From the human T2T-CHM13v2.0 reference genome, Homo sapiens: a stretch of DNA of 64,000 nucleotides. Position numbers and translations under genes: made by a program. The DNA lies in NCBI RefSeq assembly GCF_009914755.1, contig NC_060947.1. The stretch is one strand, 5' to 3'. Numbering within the stretch: the first letter of the stretch is position 1; each line of letters starts with the position of its first letter. Positions 1-15,700 of this stretch are shown here, piece after piece. The notes beneath the pieces were generated by a model. It ran no database searches. It was not told where the DNA came from and saw only the letters and a program-made list of their open reading frames with translations.

Positions 1-929
1 GCTGGTGTGCTGGAGCTTTTGTTTGTGCCTGTGTGCCAGTGTAAACATGAGCAGCATTTCATTCACCAGCCCAGTGCTCATTATTTGAAGCCATTTCCCC
101 AGCATGGTATTCCACAATACTAAGGAAAGTTGAGTCCACTATTACCTGAATGAAACTGAGAATAAAAGAACCCATTCTTAGTGGAGAGAAAATTTGTCCA
201 TGCTCACACCAAAGGAAATCACCACAAATAGGCCAGACTTTTTTTTTTATTGTGTTAAACCCAAGCAGACCTATTCATTGACATATAATATGTATTCAGT
301 CTCTGAACTTTTTTTCTGCACTTATCTTGATTAATTTTTGTGGATTTCCTTTTAATTTTTTTTATTTCTATGAGGATTTTTTGAGTTCAAAAATTTCATT
401 AGCATTTTGCAAGCCCTTAAATGAGGCACGAGCATTCCTTTTTCATTTTATTTGCAAATCTTATTCCGAGTGGTCCTAAAGAAATACAACAGGAGGGAAA
501 CGATTAATGTGACGGAAAAACACAACTCTCTCCTCCCATTTGGAGATGATATTCTTTTTCTAAAATGTCCATTTGTTTTTGGTTGGAAAATGAGTTTTGT
601 AGGTCAACCTACATGTGATTGGTTTATTGTTTCCTCTCAGCCAATTAGAATCACAGCAGGTAAAAAATCCCTTTAGTTATCCAATCAAAACCTTCAATGT
701 TTCATACTATTGTAACCCTTTTAAAAGAGAATAATGATGTGGATTAAATCTGCTTATGGTTGGGGCCTGAGTGCTCAGAGCAAAGTTAGATCTGTGTTAG
801 CACTAATAATAGTCCCAAGAGAAGTTAACTACATCCTTTTCAGGAAAATAATAGCTATTATCATTGTAATTATGATGTTCTCTTTCAGGGATTACTTCTG
901 AGATTGACATTCTTACCATGTATGCAGTT

Positions 930-1150
930 CAAAAACTTTTATTGTGAATATATTATGCTCCAGCACTGTAATGGGCTATATAAATATTTATAAAACTTCC
1001 TTTTCTCCTAACAGTCTTGCAAGGTAGATATTGTTGTCTACATTTTACAGAAGAAAAAACTCGAAAATTGAAGAGATTAAGTAACTCAGCATCACAAGCT
1101 GGTAAGTGACAAAACCAGAATTTGGGCCCCTGTGTATAAAATGTTAAAGC
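930..1150 (-). mobile_element. MIR SINE remnant
   Basis: cattttacag...gagattaagtaac...atcacaagctggtaagtgac is the reverse complement of the MIR core. Confidence 0.7.
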
Positions 1151-1894
1151 TCATGATTTTTTCAGCACCAAATTACCTCAGTAACCATATGCAAAATATG
1201 CATTATTCCCAAGGAGAAGCTCTTTGTTTTGGCAGTGGTTCTAATATCCATTTTAGTGGCACTTTAGTGGAAAACATTCTGTGGGAGTCAGAGAACGTAA
1301 GAGAAACATAAGCTGCTCCGCTATTGGTATTCTGCTGAGATTCTCTGTTGATTTCACTCCCATTTTAGAATATTGCATTTAATTACCTGTCAAACATATA
1401 TCTTAACTTTCTGGAGGCAGGAGGGTCAGCCTAATTAGTGTTGTTATTTTTCCGTTTAGTTTTCTGAATATACCTAATGCATTTTAAATCTGTCCTCAAC
1501 AATAACAATTCAAATAGAGAGCTTCTTAAGAATAAATCTTTAAACCCTGAGAATCTTGAAGTAAATTAATTTAATTTTCTAACCAAATTGGAGAATCATT
1601 AAGAACTTCCAAAGTTGGGTGTTAAACTCTGTTTATTTATCTTTCAGGGCAAACAAATATAATTTTCAAAACTTTTACACCATTTTCTGTGCTTCCTTAG
1701 TGGAGTCTGGGGATATATTTTTTTTTCCTAGAAATTGAATAAGTCCATGATCCTTGTAACTTTCTTTTTCAACATTGAAATTGATATTCTATAAGCCTCT
1801 TCCTACTTATTCTGTCCTTACCTGCCTACATCATGCTCTCAAAAAAGGGGAGATTCTTGCTTACATTTTTGAGAGTCATTAGTGAAAGAGAGAG

Positions 1895-1950
1895 AGACTC
1901 TCAGCTTAGTTGGCTAGAATGAAACAATGATGAGGCCAAGGCAATACAAT
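1895..1950 (+). mobile_element. Possible degraded tRNA-derived SINE head (MamSINE1-like)
   Basis: cagcttagttggctagaatg...atgaggccaagg resembles a tRNA A-box head; short and diverged. Confidence 0.3.
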
Positions 1951-3191
1951 TATGTCAGGAACCATTTAACATTTTTGGCTCAGTTAGCAGAAATTGTTTC
2001 CAACATTCAGACTTCTAATGAACATAACTTTTACCATAGTATCTAGAGTCCACGAAGGAAAAAGATCATATTAGATAATAGCTGTCTGTACTTGGCACAG
2101 TATGTAGTTTATAAGATACTAGCTTGTCTACAACTTATTTGATGACTTTGTTATTTCACATATTTTTTAAACGTGGTTTTTAAATTCATCTCTAGAAAAT
2201 TATGTACTTCTTATCTGTTGAATATGTCAAACACCCTCTTCAAATACTCCCAAACCAAATGTTGGTTACTTCAGTGAATTTTTTGAATAAATAATTGAAA
2301 TTGGTCCAGACACGTGGTCCTATTTACTATCCTATTAATTATTGCCCTAGAATCTAATGTGTTTACTGGAATATGAATATAATCTCCTAAGGATTAGACA
2401 TCATGTTGGACTTTCTAATGCAAAAGTTTTGCTGATGGTTTAGCTCCTTATCTATGGTTGGGATAAGTTCAGTTTCACTCTTGAAGTTTATAGCATCAAC
2501 ATAATATTGAATAGTACTTTACAGGTTTCCAAAGTTTCTGTCTTATCTGACTCAAAACAAACTTGTGAGGTAGATGAGTTAGATATTTTTGAATCTCTTT
2601 TACACACAAGGAAACAAATGATGTGGGGAGAGACTCATCTTCTGACAGCTAATACAGTGGTTTTTCACTTGTCAATCCAGTTTGATAATTCCTTCTTATA
2701 AGTTATGTTCACAGTTGTCATATGGGGGGATATTGTTTTCATATTTAAAGATGTAATAAAATAAACTTTTTTCATTGTGTTTTATTATAGCCGTTCATCT
2801 GATGTCGGGTTCATAGAGGAATGAGGATTTTTTTTTTTACCTGAACACTTAAAAGATCAATATTTACAAGAACATTGTAGATATTATTTTCCAGGTTCAA
2901 AGTTCTTGTGAAGTTCTTTTGGTAGACATCGGTCTCTTAAGTATTTGATGTATAAATTACTTATTGCTCTATAAGCTACTGTAATAGCAGCAAGCAGTCT
3001 AAGAAGGACTTGGGATTTTATCTGTGATGTAGGCTTGATGAAACTAGTTTAATGTAATGTCTTAAAATCTGTTCAGATAGTAAAAATTGGTCCAGAAGAG
3101 CCACTCAGAAGTCATAATGAGTCATTAGTAAAAATGTTCAGTAGATGGGAAGCTGCTTACATAAGCTAATTTGCACTGACCAAAAAGGAAC

Positions 3192-3853
<662 letters not shown>

Positions 3854-3979
3854 TGTATGGCCAAAGGCGTTAATTGTTTTAATCAGTAATTTCAGCACCT
3901 ACTATGCGCATAACACTGGGGTAGATATAAAGAAGCATGACTTTGTAACAAAAAGGAGTGCACGATCTAGTCATATATA

Positions 3980-4944
<965 letters not shown>

Positions 4945-5082
4945 TGCAAGTCATTAAAAAGTAACGTATTAGCTCTCAACTGATGTATATCCCTTACTGA
5001 CAAATGACTGACTGGCTTGTGAAAAACTGCTCCAGTTAGTGGCAAGGAGGCTTGGGGATTCTCTTTTCTAGAAATGTACATT

Positions 5083-5480
5083 TTTTAAATTGTGGTAAAA
5101 TATGCACAACAAAATTTACCATTTTAACTCTTTTTAAATGTACAACTCATTGGCATTAAATACATTTACAATATTGTGCAACCATCACCACTATGCATTT
5201 CTAGAACTTTTTATCCTCTGAAATAGAAACTTTGTACCCATTAAATAGTAGCTCTCCATCCTCCCCTACCCACAGCTCCTAGTAATCTCTATGAATTTGC
5301 CTGTTTTAGGTGCCTCCTGTAAGTAGAACCATGCAAAAGTTGTCCTTTTGTGTCTGGCTTATTTCATTTAGCACAATGGTTTCAAGGTTCATTCATGTTT
5401 TCAGAATTTCATCTCTTTTTCAGGCTGAATAACATTCCATTGTATGTATACAACGCATTTCATTTATTCGTCTGTCGATA
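5083..5480 (-). mobile_element. L1MB 3' end
   Basis: ttaaattgtggtaaaatat...gtgcaaccatcaccacta is the antisense L1MB 3'UTR. Confidence 0.75.
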
Positions 5481-5611
5481 AGAAATGTATATTTTGTGAC
5501 ATCTCTTTTCTTCTGCCCCCCTTTCTTGACTGGTGTTTGTCTGAAACCACCCCATCACTGTTTCTTATTAATATTATAGATTCAATCCTGGGCAAGAATG
5601 AAGTAGAGAGA

Positions 5612-5808
5612 TATTTATCCAGATTTAACAAGTAAAAATACAGGATGCAGAATTAAATTCGATTTTCAAATACACAATAAATACTTTTTTAATATAAGAA
5701 TGTTCCATGAACTATTTGGGATGTACTTTTATTTTTTAAAAAATGAGCTATTTATCTGAAAAAAATAAAATTTAACGGGGTGTCCTGTAATTTTATCTGG
5801 CAACTCTA
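5612..5808. mobile_element. MER53 palindromic hAT MITE
   Basis: ccagatttaacaagtaaaaatacagga...tcctgtaattttatctggcaactcta; internally palindromic. Confidence 0.75.
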
Positions 5809-6089
5809 GGTTGGAGGTTAAGTTCTTGAAGCATTCACCTCAGACAACTAGCTCTGGCACCTAACCCTATGCTTTGCCCTGATGACTGACCGGTGTGAGG
5901 ATAGTTCCCCATTCTCTATCTGTAGCGTCCAAGGCTGAATCACAATCAATTTTTAAACTGAAGAGATATAGGCATGGTGGGAACAGAGAGCTCAATTTCC
6001 CCATACCAGAGAAGGTATGTTCCTGGCACCTCACCTTGTTACTTAATGCACTTTCTTATAGAAGTATGATGTTTAAGGCACTGTCTACC

Positions 6090-6538
6090 CATTACCCAGT
6101 TCCAAAGTGACTTCCACATTTTTAGGTATTTGTAAAAGAAGCACTCCACTTCTTGGTACCAAAATCTGTATTAGTTTGCTAGGACTGCAGTAACAAATGC
6201 CACAGACTGGGTGACCTAAACAATAGAAATTTATTGTCTCTCAGTCCTGAAGGCTAGAAGTCCAAGATCAAGGTGTCAGCATGGTTGATTTCTTCTGAGG
6301 TCTTTCTCCTTAGCTTGTAGATGGCTGTCTTCTCCCTGTGTCCTCTCATGGTCTTTGTCTGTGTCCTAATCTCCTCTTCTTATAAGGAGATCAGTGATAT
6401 TGGATTAGTGCCGGCCCTAATGATTTCATTTAACTTTAACCTTTTAGAACCTCTATCTCCAAATACAGTCATATTCTGTGGTACTGGTGGTTAGGACTTC
6501 AGCATATTAATTTCGGAGTATATAATTCAGCCCATAGC
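6090..6538 (-). mobile_element. MLT1A/B LTR (6167-6538) with adjoining MaLR internal fragment
   Basis: tgtattagtttgctaggactg...gaagtccaagatcaaggtg...attcagcccatagca; internal piece ccagttccaaagtgacttccacattt. Confidence 0.8.
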
Positions 6539-7409
6539 AGTTACCTCCAAATAACATTTGTATTTTGAGACATTCATTTTAAATTATGAAATAAAAAATG
6601 TTTTTCTTTCAAAACAGAACTCAATGTATAAGCAAACAGGTGGGTCAACTGTTAGTAACTTGGCAAAGGGTATAGATACAGAGAGGTAAAATTTAGGACC
6701 AATAATGCAATGTGCTACTTACTGAACTAGTGGAGTTCATAGAGACTATCTACAGGCTCTTAGCGTTGAAATCTCCTTTCCTAAGTGAAAGAACTGAGAC
6801 CAGCTCCAATGTAGAGGATGTAGTCTTAATATTGTCTTGTGGTTGATGTTGTTGAAGAGTCTGTGGGCCCATGTCACAAACATTCAGGTATCTGGACCCA
6901 CTCAGTCCTAACACAGGCTCACCCAAGGAGATCTCTCTTTATAGATACTCCCTTTCATACCTGTAGTTGGCTGTCTCCTCTTCATAACCTCTAACCCTTT
7001 GTTTTTTTTTTTTCCCTCTATAAGACCCTATCACACATATTAACAGCTGGTAAATGGCTGGAATGAAGGGTACATTTGCGGGATTGAAGCTGGGTAAGTG
7101 GTTTGGGACCAACTTGTGGGGAAGGCAAGAAAGTTGGGACTTGCCTTCCACCACACCATGGGAGCCCTTGAAATATGGTTTCTTTTGGGAACTTCAGACA
7201 TTTTGGAGAATTAAGTTTTTAAAAAGTATTTAATGGTCTTCTGTAAGCTAATATTTTTTATTTAAATTTACATTTAATTTTCTGTATATTCCCATGGTTT
7301 GAAATTCAGAACAATACAGAAAAGTATACATTCAGAAGTTGTCTTAGTCTGTTTTGTGCTGCTGTAACAGAATACCACCGACTGGGTAATTTATAAAGAG
7401 CAAAGATTT

Positions 7410-7794
<385 letters not shown>

Positions 7795-7823
7795 TCATAA
7801 CATGGAAGAAGGCATCACATGGC

Positions 7824-7850
7824 CAGAGAGACAAAGAGACAGAGAGAGAC

Positions 7851-7907
<57 letters not shown>

Positions 7908-7935
7908 GAGAGAGAGAGAAAGCGCGTGAGAGAGT
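7824..7935. repeat. (GA)n/(GACA)n microsatellite
   Basis: Direct inspection. Confidence 0.95.
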
Positions 7936-8199
7936 GAGCACATGCAAGACATTGAACTCACAGCCCCAAGCCCTTTATAATTGGCATGAATCCATTTATG
8001 AGGAAGCTGGGGCCCTCATGACCTAAGGACCTCCCTTTTGGCCCCACCTCCCAACACTGTTGCATCGGGGATTAAGTTTCCAACACATGAACTATGGGAG
8101 CATACATTCAAACCATAACAGGAGTCATGTTCCCATTCCTGCCCTTGTTCTCCCTGATCCTCGCCCTTGCCTCCTATGAGTTTCTTATTTATTCTTCCA

Positions 8200-9650
8200 G
8201 TATTTATGTAGATACAGATACAAATATATTTTCTTCTGTCCTCTCTCTTATACAGAGGCTAATATACTATATGCATTCTTCTGTATCCTTCTTCATTAAC
8301 ATTATTTTTGGAAATTTTTCTGAATAATTACGTGGAGAACTTCCAGATTGCATAATCATTTATTGTGTGAATGTGTATCATAGTTTATTTAGTCAGCAAC
8401 CTCTTGATGCATACTTGGATTGTTTCCAATCTTTTGATATTGTAAGCAGTGCTATGAAATGATCTTGTATATGTGTTATTTATTCCATGTGCAGGTATAC
8501 CTATAAAATGATTTTTTGGAAGTGGGTTTGCTAAATTAGAGGGCAAATTTATTTGTAATTTTGATATTGCTAAATTGTTCTTCCTGGGAGTTTTAAAATT
8601 TTGTACTTTAACCAGCCGTGTATGAATTACTTGCAAAGCCTCACTAACAGACGGTGTGTTTTGTCATATTTTGGGACCTTATGAGTGAGATTGAGCTTAT
8701 GATCACGTTTAAGGGTCATATGTTTCATCTATAGCTAGACATGTTTTTGTCCATTTTTTTCCATTGAGATGCTAATCTTTTCCATCTCAATTTCTGGATA
8801 TTTTTTAAAAACATAAAGTGGAGATTAGTACTTAGTGGTATGTTTCAAGTAAATTCTCTAGCATTATTTGTCTTTTGACTTTGCTTATGTGTTTTTTTTT
8901 CTGTGAAAAAATTGTTAGTTTTCATTTTGTTGACTTTTACCTTTTCTTTTAGGCTTTAGGATTTTAAAAGGTAAGTTAGAAAGGCCTTCACAATGCCACG
9001 GTTATAAAGCAATTCACTTACATGTTCTAGCACATTAGTGGTTTTAAGATTTATGATTAAATATTTGATACATTTGGAACTTATCTCCATGTAGTGTAAA
9101 ATGTAGATCCAGCAGTTTTTTTCAGGTATCTACTAAGATATCTTGTAGTGCCAGTCTTCTTCTTTTTAAGAGTTTTCTGGTTATTCTTCAATTTTCCCTG
9201 TAGAACTTTAGAACCAGCTTGTCTACTTCAGAATATCTATTAGTATTTTATGAGAATTATATTAAATTTATAGATTAATTAGGATAATTGATGTATCTAT
9301 AATGCTGAGAGTTACTTTCCAAGAACATGGTATATCTATTTTTCAGGTCTACTTTTGTGTCTTTTGAGATTATTTCAAGGTCTTTCTCATATAGATTTTG
9401 TACATTTCTTGTTAAGTTTATTTCCATATATTTAATCCTCTTTGCTGCTCTTATATACAGGATTATCTCTTCCATTATGTTGGCTTATGGCTGTTGTTTG
9501 GATGTAGGATGACTGCTGGTTTCTGCGTATTAACTTTATACTCCACTTCATTTCTATTTATTTTCCAGTGGATTCTCTTAGGTTATTTAGGTGTACAATC
9601 ATATCAGTTGTAAATAGGGATGATTTTGTTTTCTCACATTTCTTTCTACT
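8200..9650 (-). mobile_element. Ancient L1M (L1MC/L1ME) remnants
   Basis: Minus ORF 9275-9475 has KRIKYMEINLTRNVQNLY, a decayed ORF2 motif ([13 protein letters not shown]). Confidence 0.7.
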
Positions 9651-11159
9651 ATCTAATTTTGTTAAAAATCTCAAGCAAACTCAATTAAATAATTTTAATC
9701 TCTTCAAATATGAGCATGCCTGGAATTAAATTATGATTGAAAAGCTTCCAATTTGATATTTTTTTGTATGAGTGCCATAGTGAGGCTCTGAATGACAGAG
9801 ATTTTAAGTGTTATGCTGCTATGCCTTTAGACTCAGATGTTGGGCTTGAAAGTCTGCTGATGGTATTTGGGAACTTTGGGCTGGTGGGAGGATAGAGGGG
9901 ATCCTCAAGGCAGGATGGATGTCAAATGCACTGACCTGATGCAGAGATGACTTTGGAACTATGCCTGGGCTGTCAAGGTACAGGCAGAGAGTTACAGTGC
10001 TGTTGGGATCACATTTCACTCTGACTGATTCCTGATGTCTGCATTTCTCTGTTGAGTATAACTCCCCTCTCTTTTTCCTTCTTCTTTTTGCCGCTCTGCT
10101 TTTCTTCTTCCTTATTTTGTAGTTAGCAAAGTTTAAGGAAGTTTTCTAACATTTAGATTGGATTTAAATCTTTGCCATCTTGAAGAACATTTAAAGCAGA
10201 GCCTATGGTGAACCAAGAAGGGAAACCCAGAAGATAGTGGGGGAAGTGATTTAAAAACTACAAATCTGAGCACTTGTCTTCAGTAGAGGTACTATGGCAC
10301 CCAGAATTTGACCAGTGAAGAAGGAATTTTTAAGTTGGACCTCTGTCAGGAAGTTACTCTTCCTTTGAGAAAGCTGGAACCACAACACACCACTCCTGCA
10401 GTTGGCTGCCAGGAAGAATGCTGAAAACATGGAGGTTAGAGGTCCCGGGGGAAGCCAGTACAGGTGAAGTGGTAGGGATTAATTCATTAGTAACAGACAT
10501 TTCTGCAGAGACAGTGAAGGTGTGCCATTGGTAAAGATTCACTGCTTCAAGTGATTTTTGTGTGACTCCAGACAGATTGAGAGAATCTGCAGTTATTATT
10601 GCAGGTCCACATGGAATACAGTCTCATCCCAGTGAGGACTGGTCTGGGACCGGAAGTATGTCAGCCATACAGAAGGAGATCCACAGAATCTGGACAACAA
10701 GGGAAGAGAAAGATGAACAGGGTGAAAGTAGAGACCTTTTTTCTCATCTACACTTCCTAACGGCTTCGGAAGACTAGAAGTGAAAATAAGAAGCATAACA
10801 AATTCCATTTGTAGTTTGTTAAATCACTTTGCTTGATCAACTGATTGTTGATCAACTGTTTCATTCCATAGCGTGGATCCAGTCTTTGTTGTTACTGTTT
10901 TCAACAAAGTGCTGCTTTATTAAGTCCTCCAGAAACGGTTAGAAATAGACATTTAGAGTGGGAGAAACTAATAGGCTATATAAGGTGAGATTCCTGGGCC
11001 TTAAATGGAGGAAAATAGGCAGTAAAGAAAACCCCCTTTACAGAATGTTGTTTTCATAAAGCTGTTTCTATTTGAAGATTTCAGTGCCATGTAGGCCTTC
11101 AAAGGTGTTAGCCAGAGAACAAGGGCCTGAGGGATGAAATTGTGAGATCACAGGGAATT

Positions 11160-11350
11160 GTGCAACCTCTGTTTACTTACTTGTTATGATCCTGTGCTTT
11201 TTCATTTGTAAAGCAGAAATATTTGCCTACTAGGAGTTTTATAAAAGAATACATATATGATGTAAGTAAAGGATTTAGCCTCATACTTGAAGCATACTAG
11301 GTGCTCTATATGTGGTAATTAGTATTATTATATCTGCATTTATAATAAAC
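11160..11350 (+). mobile_element. MIR remnant
   Basis: catttgtaaaagcagaaata...taggtgctctatatgtggtaattagtattatta. Confidence 0.55.
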
Positions 11351-11384
11351 ACTTGGCCTGGCCTGACCCCTTACTCAACTTCCA

Positions 11385-11731
11385 TTTTCTTTTCTTTTCT
11401 TTTCTTTTTCCCTTCTCCTTCCCCTTCCCCTTCCCCTTCCCTTCCCTCTTTTGTCAGAGTGTCACTCTGTCACCCAGGCTGGAGTGCAATGGCATGATTT
11501 CTGCTCACCGTAACCTCTGCTTTCCAAGTTCAAGTGATTCTCCTGCCTCAGCCTCCTGAGTAGCTGGGTTACAAGTGCCTGCCACCATGCTGGGTTAATT
11601 TTTGTGTTTTTAGTAGAGACAGGGTTTCGCCATGTTGGCCAGGCTGATCTTGAACTCTTGACCTCATGAGATCCACCTGCCTCGGCCTCCCAAAGTGTTG
11701 GGAGAACAGGCGTGAGCCAATGTGCCTGGCC
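11385..11731 (-). mobile_element. AluS whose tail has expanded into (TTTTC)n/(CCCCTT)n
   Basis: Antisense dimer 11450-11731; pyrimidine repeats 11385-11450; ccatttt on both flanks. Confidence 0.88.
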
Positions 11732-12159
11732 CCATTTTATTTTTCTTAACTGTTTAAACTAAGACATGGAACAAAGTTAATTAAAACCTTGGATTTCTAA
11801 GATTCCTAGAGAATTTCAGAACAGAATTGCAATATCAAGCCTCTGGTTTGAATTGAATAACTTCAGCTGTATTGCATCCGTTTGACCTGCTCCTGTTTGG
11901 GTGTTTAACATTGTAGGATATCCTTTCTGTCTAGGCTCAAATTGAAAGAAGAAAGAATATCTGCTTTTTGTTTTTCTTGTATCTGTGAAACCTGTAGATT
12001 ATAGTTCTGCCTTTGAGGAGAATTTTAGAGTATGGCAATTTTGGTAACATAGGAGTCCCTTTTGAAGCTCACATTATGATAAAAACCAACCCATCCTCTA
12101 AATGTTCTCTTTTTCTATGTGTTATGTTTTGCTGATTTCCTGTCTCTTTTCCCCTTTAG

Positions 12160-12192
12160 GCTGTATATAGATGATAATTCTTCACCAAACTA
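12160..12192 (+). CDS. Candidate 33-nt exon of an unidentified host gene (x-LYIDDNSSPN-x)
   Basis: Branch-like ctgat (12132), polypyrimidine tract ttcctgtctcttttccccttt, AG 12158-59, donor gtaaga 12193; only one open frame; non-repetitive context. Confidence 0.4.
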
Positions 12193-13019
12193 GTAAGAAT
12201 ATCCTCTCCTCCACAGAGCTAATATTTGAGACTTTTAACCCTAAGTCATGGTTATCTAATCTATAATAATTTTTTCTCACTTATTTTATGTATCCTTCTG
12301 TTTTCTTGGTTTGTTCCCTGGTTTTGTTATGAGAAATCTATGATTCTTAGTATTTTTATTGTCACAATAACTTAGAAGTCATAAAGAACACTGTCTTCGG
12401 GGTGATTAATTTAGTGGGAGATTCTTCATATTGCTTTAATCAGTACTGGGCAGGAAGAAGCAAAAACTTCCCTAATGTTTCTACTTGTACCACATAAATT
12501 AAATTGGAAATACTTAGACAACCATGTATATGCATTCTCTTATCTTACTGGCTTTTAGTATAATTTATAACATGGAACATCTGTTCTCTTTGCCTGAGTA
12601 AATCAAATTTACCCTCTTTTATCTTCAAGTTTATCAATAGAAGGTGGATGAAAAGTAACAAGCAATTAAGATACTTCAAGCTCCTTGCCTCAAGGCTAAT
12701 CAGACACATAATCTATACTTTTGTAATAATACCTTGTAATTTGGTGGCTACAAACCTTTTATTATATGCCTTTAGTCATTTGTAATATGACTATATTGGA
12801 GTTTCATTTATCAAAAAGGTTAGAAGAGCTAATTTACTTTAAGGTAACTCTTAACCCAAAAAGAACTTTCACTACTTTTAAATGTTTTAATTATCTGCTC
12901 ACACAGTCTAGAAAAGTTTTAAAATTAATTTTAGACCACCTTGATGACAATAGAACCAACGATGACAAATATCTTAATAAATCGTGATTTTGATGGAAGT
13001 AATGCAATTTAAAAATAAC

Positions 13020-13215
13020 GATAGCTAACATTTAGTTCCTACTGTGTTTGAGATGCTTTTCTAAATGCTTTATGTATTTTAACACTTAATTGTATCCTTA
13101 TAACAATACATTTATGTCCCCAATTTTCACAGGAAAAGAAATGGAGGCTCAGATTAAATGACTGGTCAAAGTCTCAGTGGCATTAATTGTTGGGGCTGGA
13201 ATATGAATTCATAAC
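13020..13215 (-). mobile_element. MIR remnant
   Basis: gctaacattta...caattttcacagg...gaggctcagattaaatgactggtcaaagtc. Confidence 0.7.
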
Positions 13216-13469
13216 CAGCTTCCTATTCCACCCTCTCTCAAGTACCCAAATCAATGTGGGCAAAATGTAGCAGATTAAAATGATTTTGACACTGAAACAA
13301 AAATGTTGCTGTCCTTAAAGGTATCTGTCTGCATGGCCTCCTCATAAATTTAGCCCAAAGAAGGACTTCTATAAAGTTGCCATTAAACATTGTCGTCTGT
13401 GGAGACTAAGGTCCAAATGATTTCAGATAAGTGGATCTGAATGAAGTAAAAACCTTCACTAGACAAAGA

Positions 13470-13585
13470 GCGGTGTGATGGCAGGAGTCGTGTTTATGTT
13501 CTCCACCAATCTATTCCCAGGGCCTAGCATTGGACTTGGCATATAGTAAGTGCTCATAAAAATACTCATAGAATTGGATTGAAAA
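13470..13585 (+). mobile_element. L2 3' end
   Basis: attcccagggcctagca...tggcatatagtaagtgctcataaaaatact. Confidence 0.6.
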
Positions 13586-14109
13586 CCAATTTGATCTATG
13601 TGAACCTTGGTTTGTATTTTTAAAATATCACTTTCTTTTGTAAAATTAATACTTGCTCACTATAAAGAATTTAAACAGTAAAGAAAGGAAAAGAAACGGC
13701 CCCAAATCCCACTACTGTACCTGAAACAATTGATATTGACATTAGTAACCATCATTTCAAATATTATTTTGTACACCTATATAGAAAGATAATCTACTTT
13801 AAAAATAGGATTATATGACACAAACTATTTTATTAGATACAATTTTAATTTCACCTGAATCTAAGAAAATTAAAATACATTGAAGTAAACCTAAAAGAAT
13901 TGTTTCAATTTAACTTAATGTTTGAATTTAATCACAAGAGTTATTATTTTCTAAATTATCCCATGATCCCTTTTAACATAAGAGAATATGAAAAATTAAG
14001 GTTTTTATTTGTGTGTAGTTAGATCTACCTTAGTTTTATATATACACATGCTTTAGTTTTATATAGTATTAATTGAAATTCCTTATATGAAATATGAAGA
14101 CATTAGCAT

Positions 14110-14863
<754 letters not shown>

Positions 14864-14939
14864 TAAATGGGAGGACTTTTACTACTAATTCTTTTATTAT
14901 GTGTTCTTCATTTTGATACATCTCAATTGGATAGATTGA

Positions 14940-15700
14940 AAACTCATATCTTGTTTTCCAAGAAAGGTTCATGTGTATTGTATTCCCTGAGTTTTTCATG
15001 GTTTAGAATGTTTGCCTGTTGCCTTTTTATTTGAATGTCATCATGACTGGGTATAATATTCTTGGATATATTTTCCTTTAGAATGTCGTAGACACATTTC
15101 TACTGTCTTGTCTTTGAATATTATTGTGAGAAGACTGATCACAGCCTGATCCTCCCCACCTACCCTATCATCCTTTGTACCAATTTGCTTCCATCCACCC
15201 CCCTCATATGCCTGAAAAATTCTTTCCTTATTTTTAAAGTTGAATAACTTCACCAGAATATGATGAGTGCTCTGGAACCATTTTTCCTGGTCTGTGTGCT
15301 TTTTTGTTTTGCATATTTATGTTTTTCTTCAGGAAAATTTCCTATTACATTTTTAGATGCTTTTCTGATCTCTTTGATGAGTTCTCTGCTTTAGGGGCAT
15401 CAAATGTCTTTCTTTTGGATTGTTTTTGTCTTTCCTTCATTACCGTTAGCTTTCTCTGATAGCTTTGAGTTTTTAATTTGCAATCATTTGATTATCACAA
15501 GTTTATTTTTCATTGCCTCTTATGTGAATCTTGGCCCTATCAATTCTATGCCTTCTTCCCTCCATTCTATTTATTAGTTCTCTATTGGCATGGTTTGATC
15601 CTCAATTAGTTTCTTATATCTGCAGTCTCCCTTTTCATCTCCTTTTATCATTTTGCTTTTGAGCTTCTGTTCTTTTTTGTTAACGAGAATTCATTTTTGC
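14940..15700 (-). mobile_element. Ancient L1M/HAL1 ORF1-region remnant
   Basis: Minus ORF KLFNFKNKERIFQA resembles old L1 ORF1 K..NFKDKE.IL.A. Confidence 0.5.

Noticed and set aside
1-170. Minus-strand acceptor-like site (ttcttttattctcagtttcattcag) leading into a short open frame
   Set aside because: The peptides are not recognisable, no donor is visible in the window, and the orientation conflicts with the repeat strand bias.
5612-5808. Long palindrome as a novel hairpin RNA
   Set aside because: Explained by the intrinsically palindromic MER53 MITE.
10595-10730. Purine-rich, exon-like stretch after attattgcag
   Set aside because: Poor polypyrimidine tract, weak donor (gtgaaa) and no recognisable peptide.
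10833-10858. Small palindrome/direct repeat ttgatcaactgattgttgatcaactg
   Set aside because: Too short; explicable as a local micro-duplication of a palindromic 8-mer.
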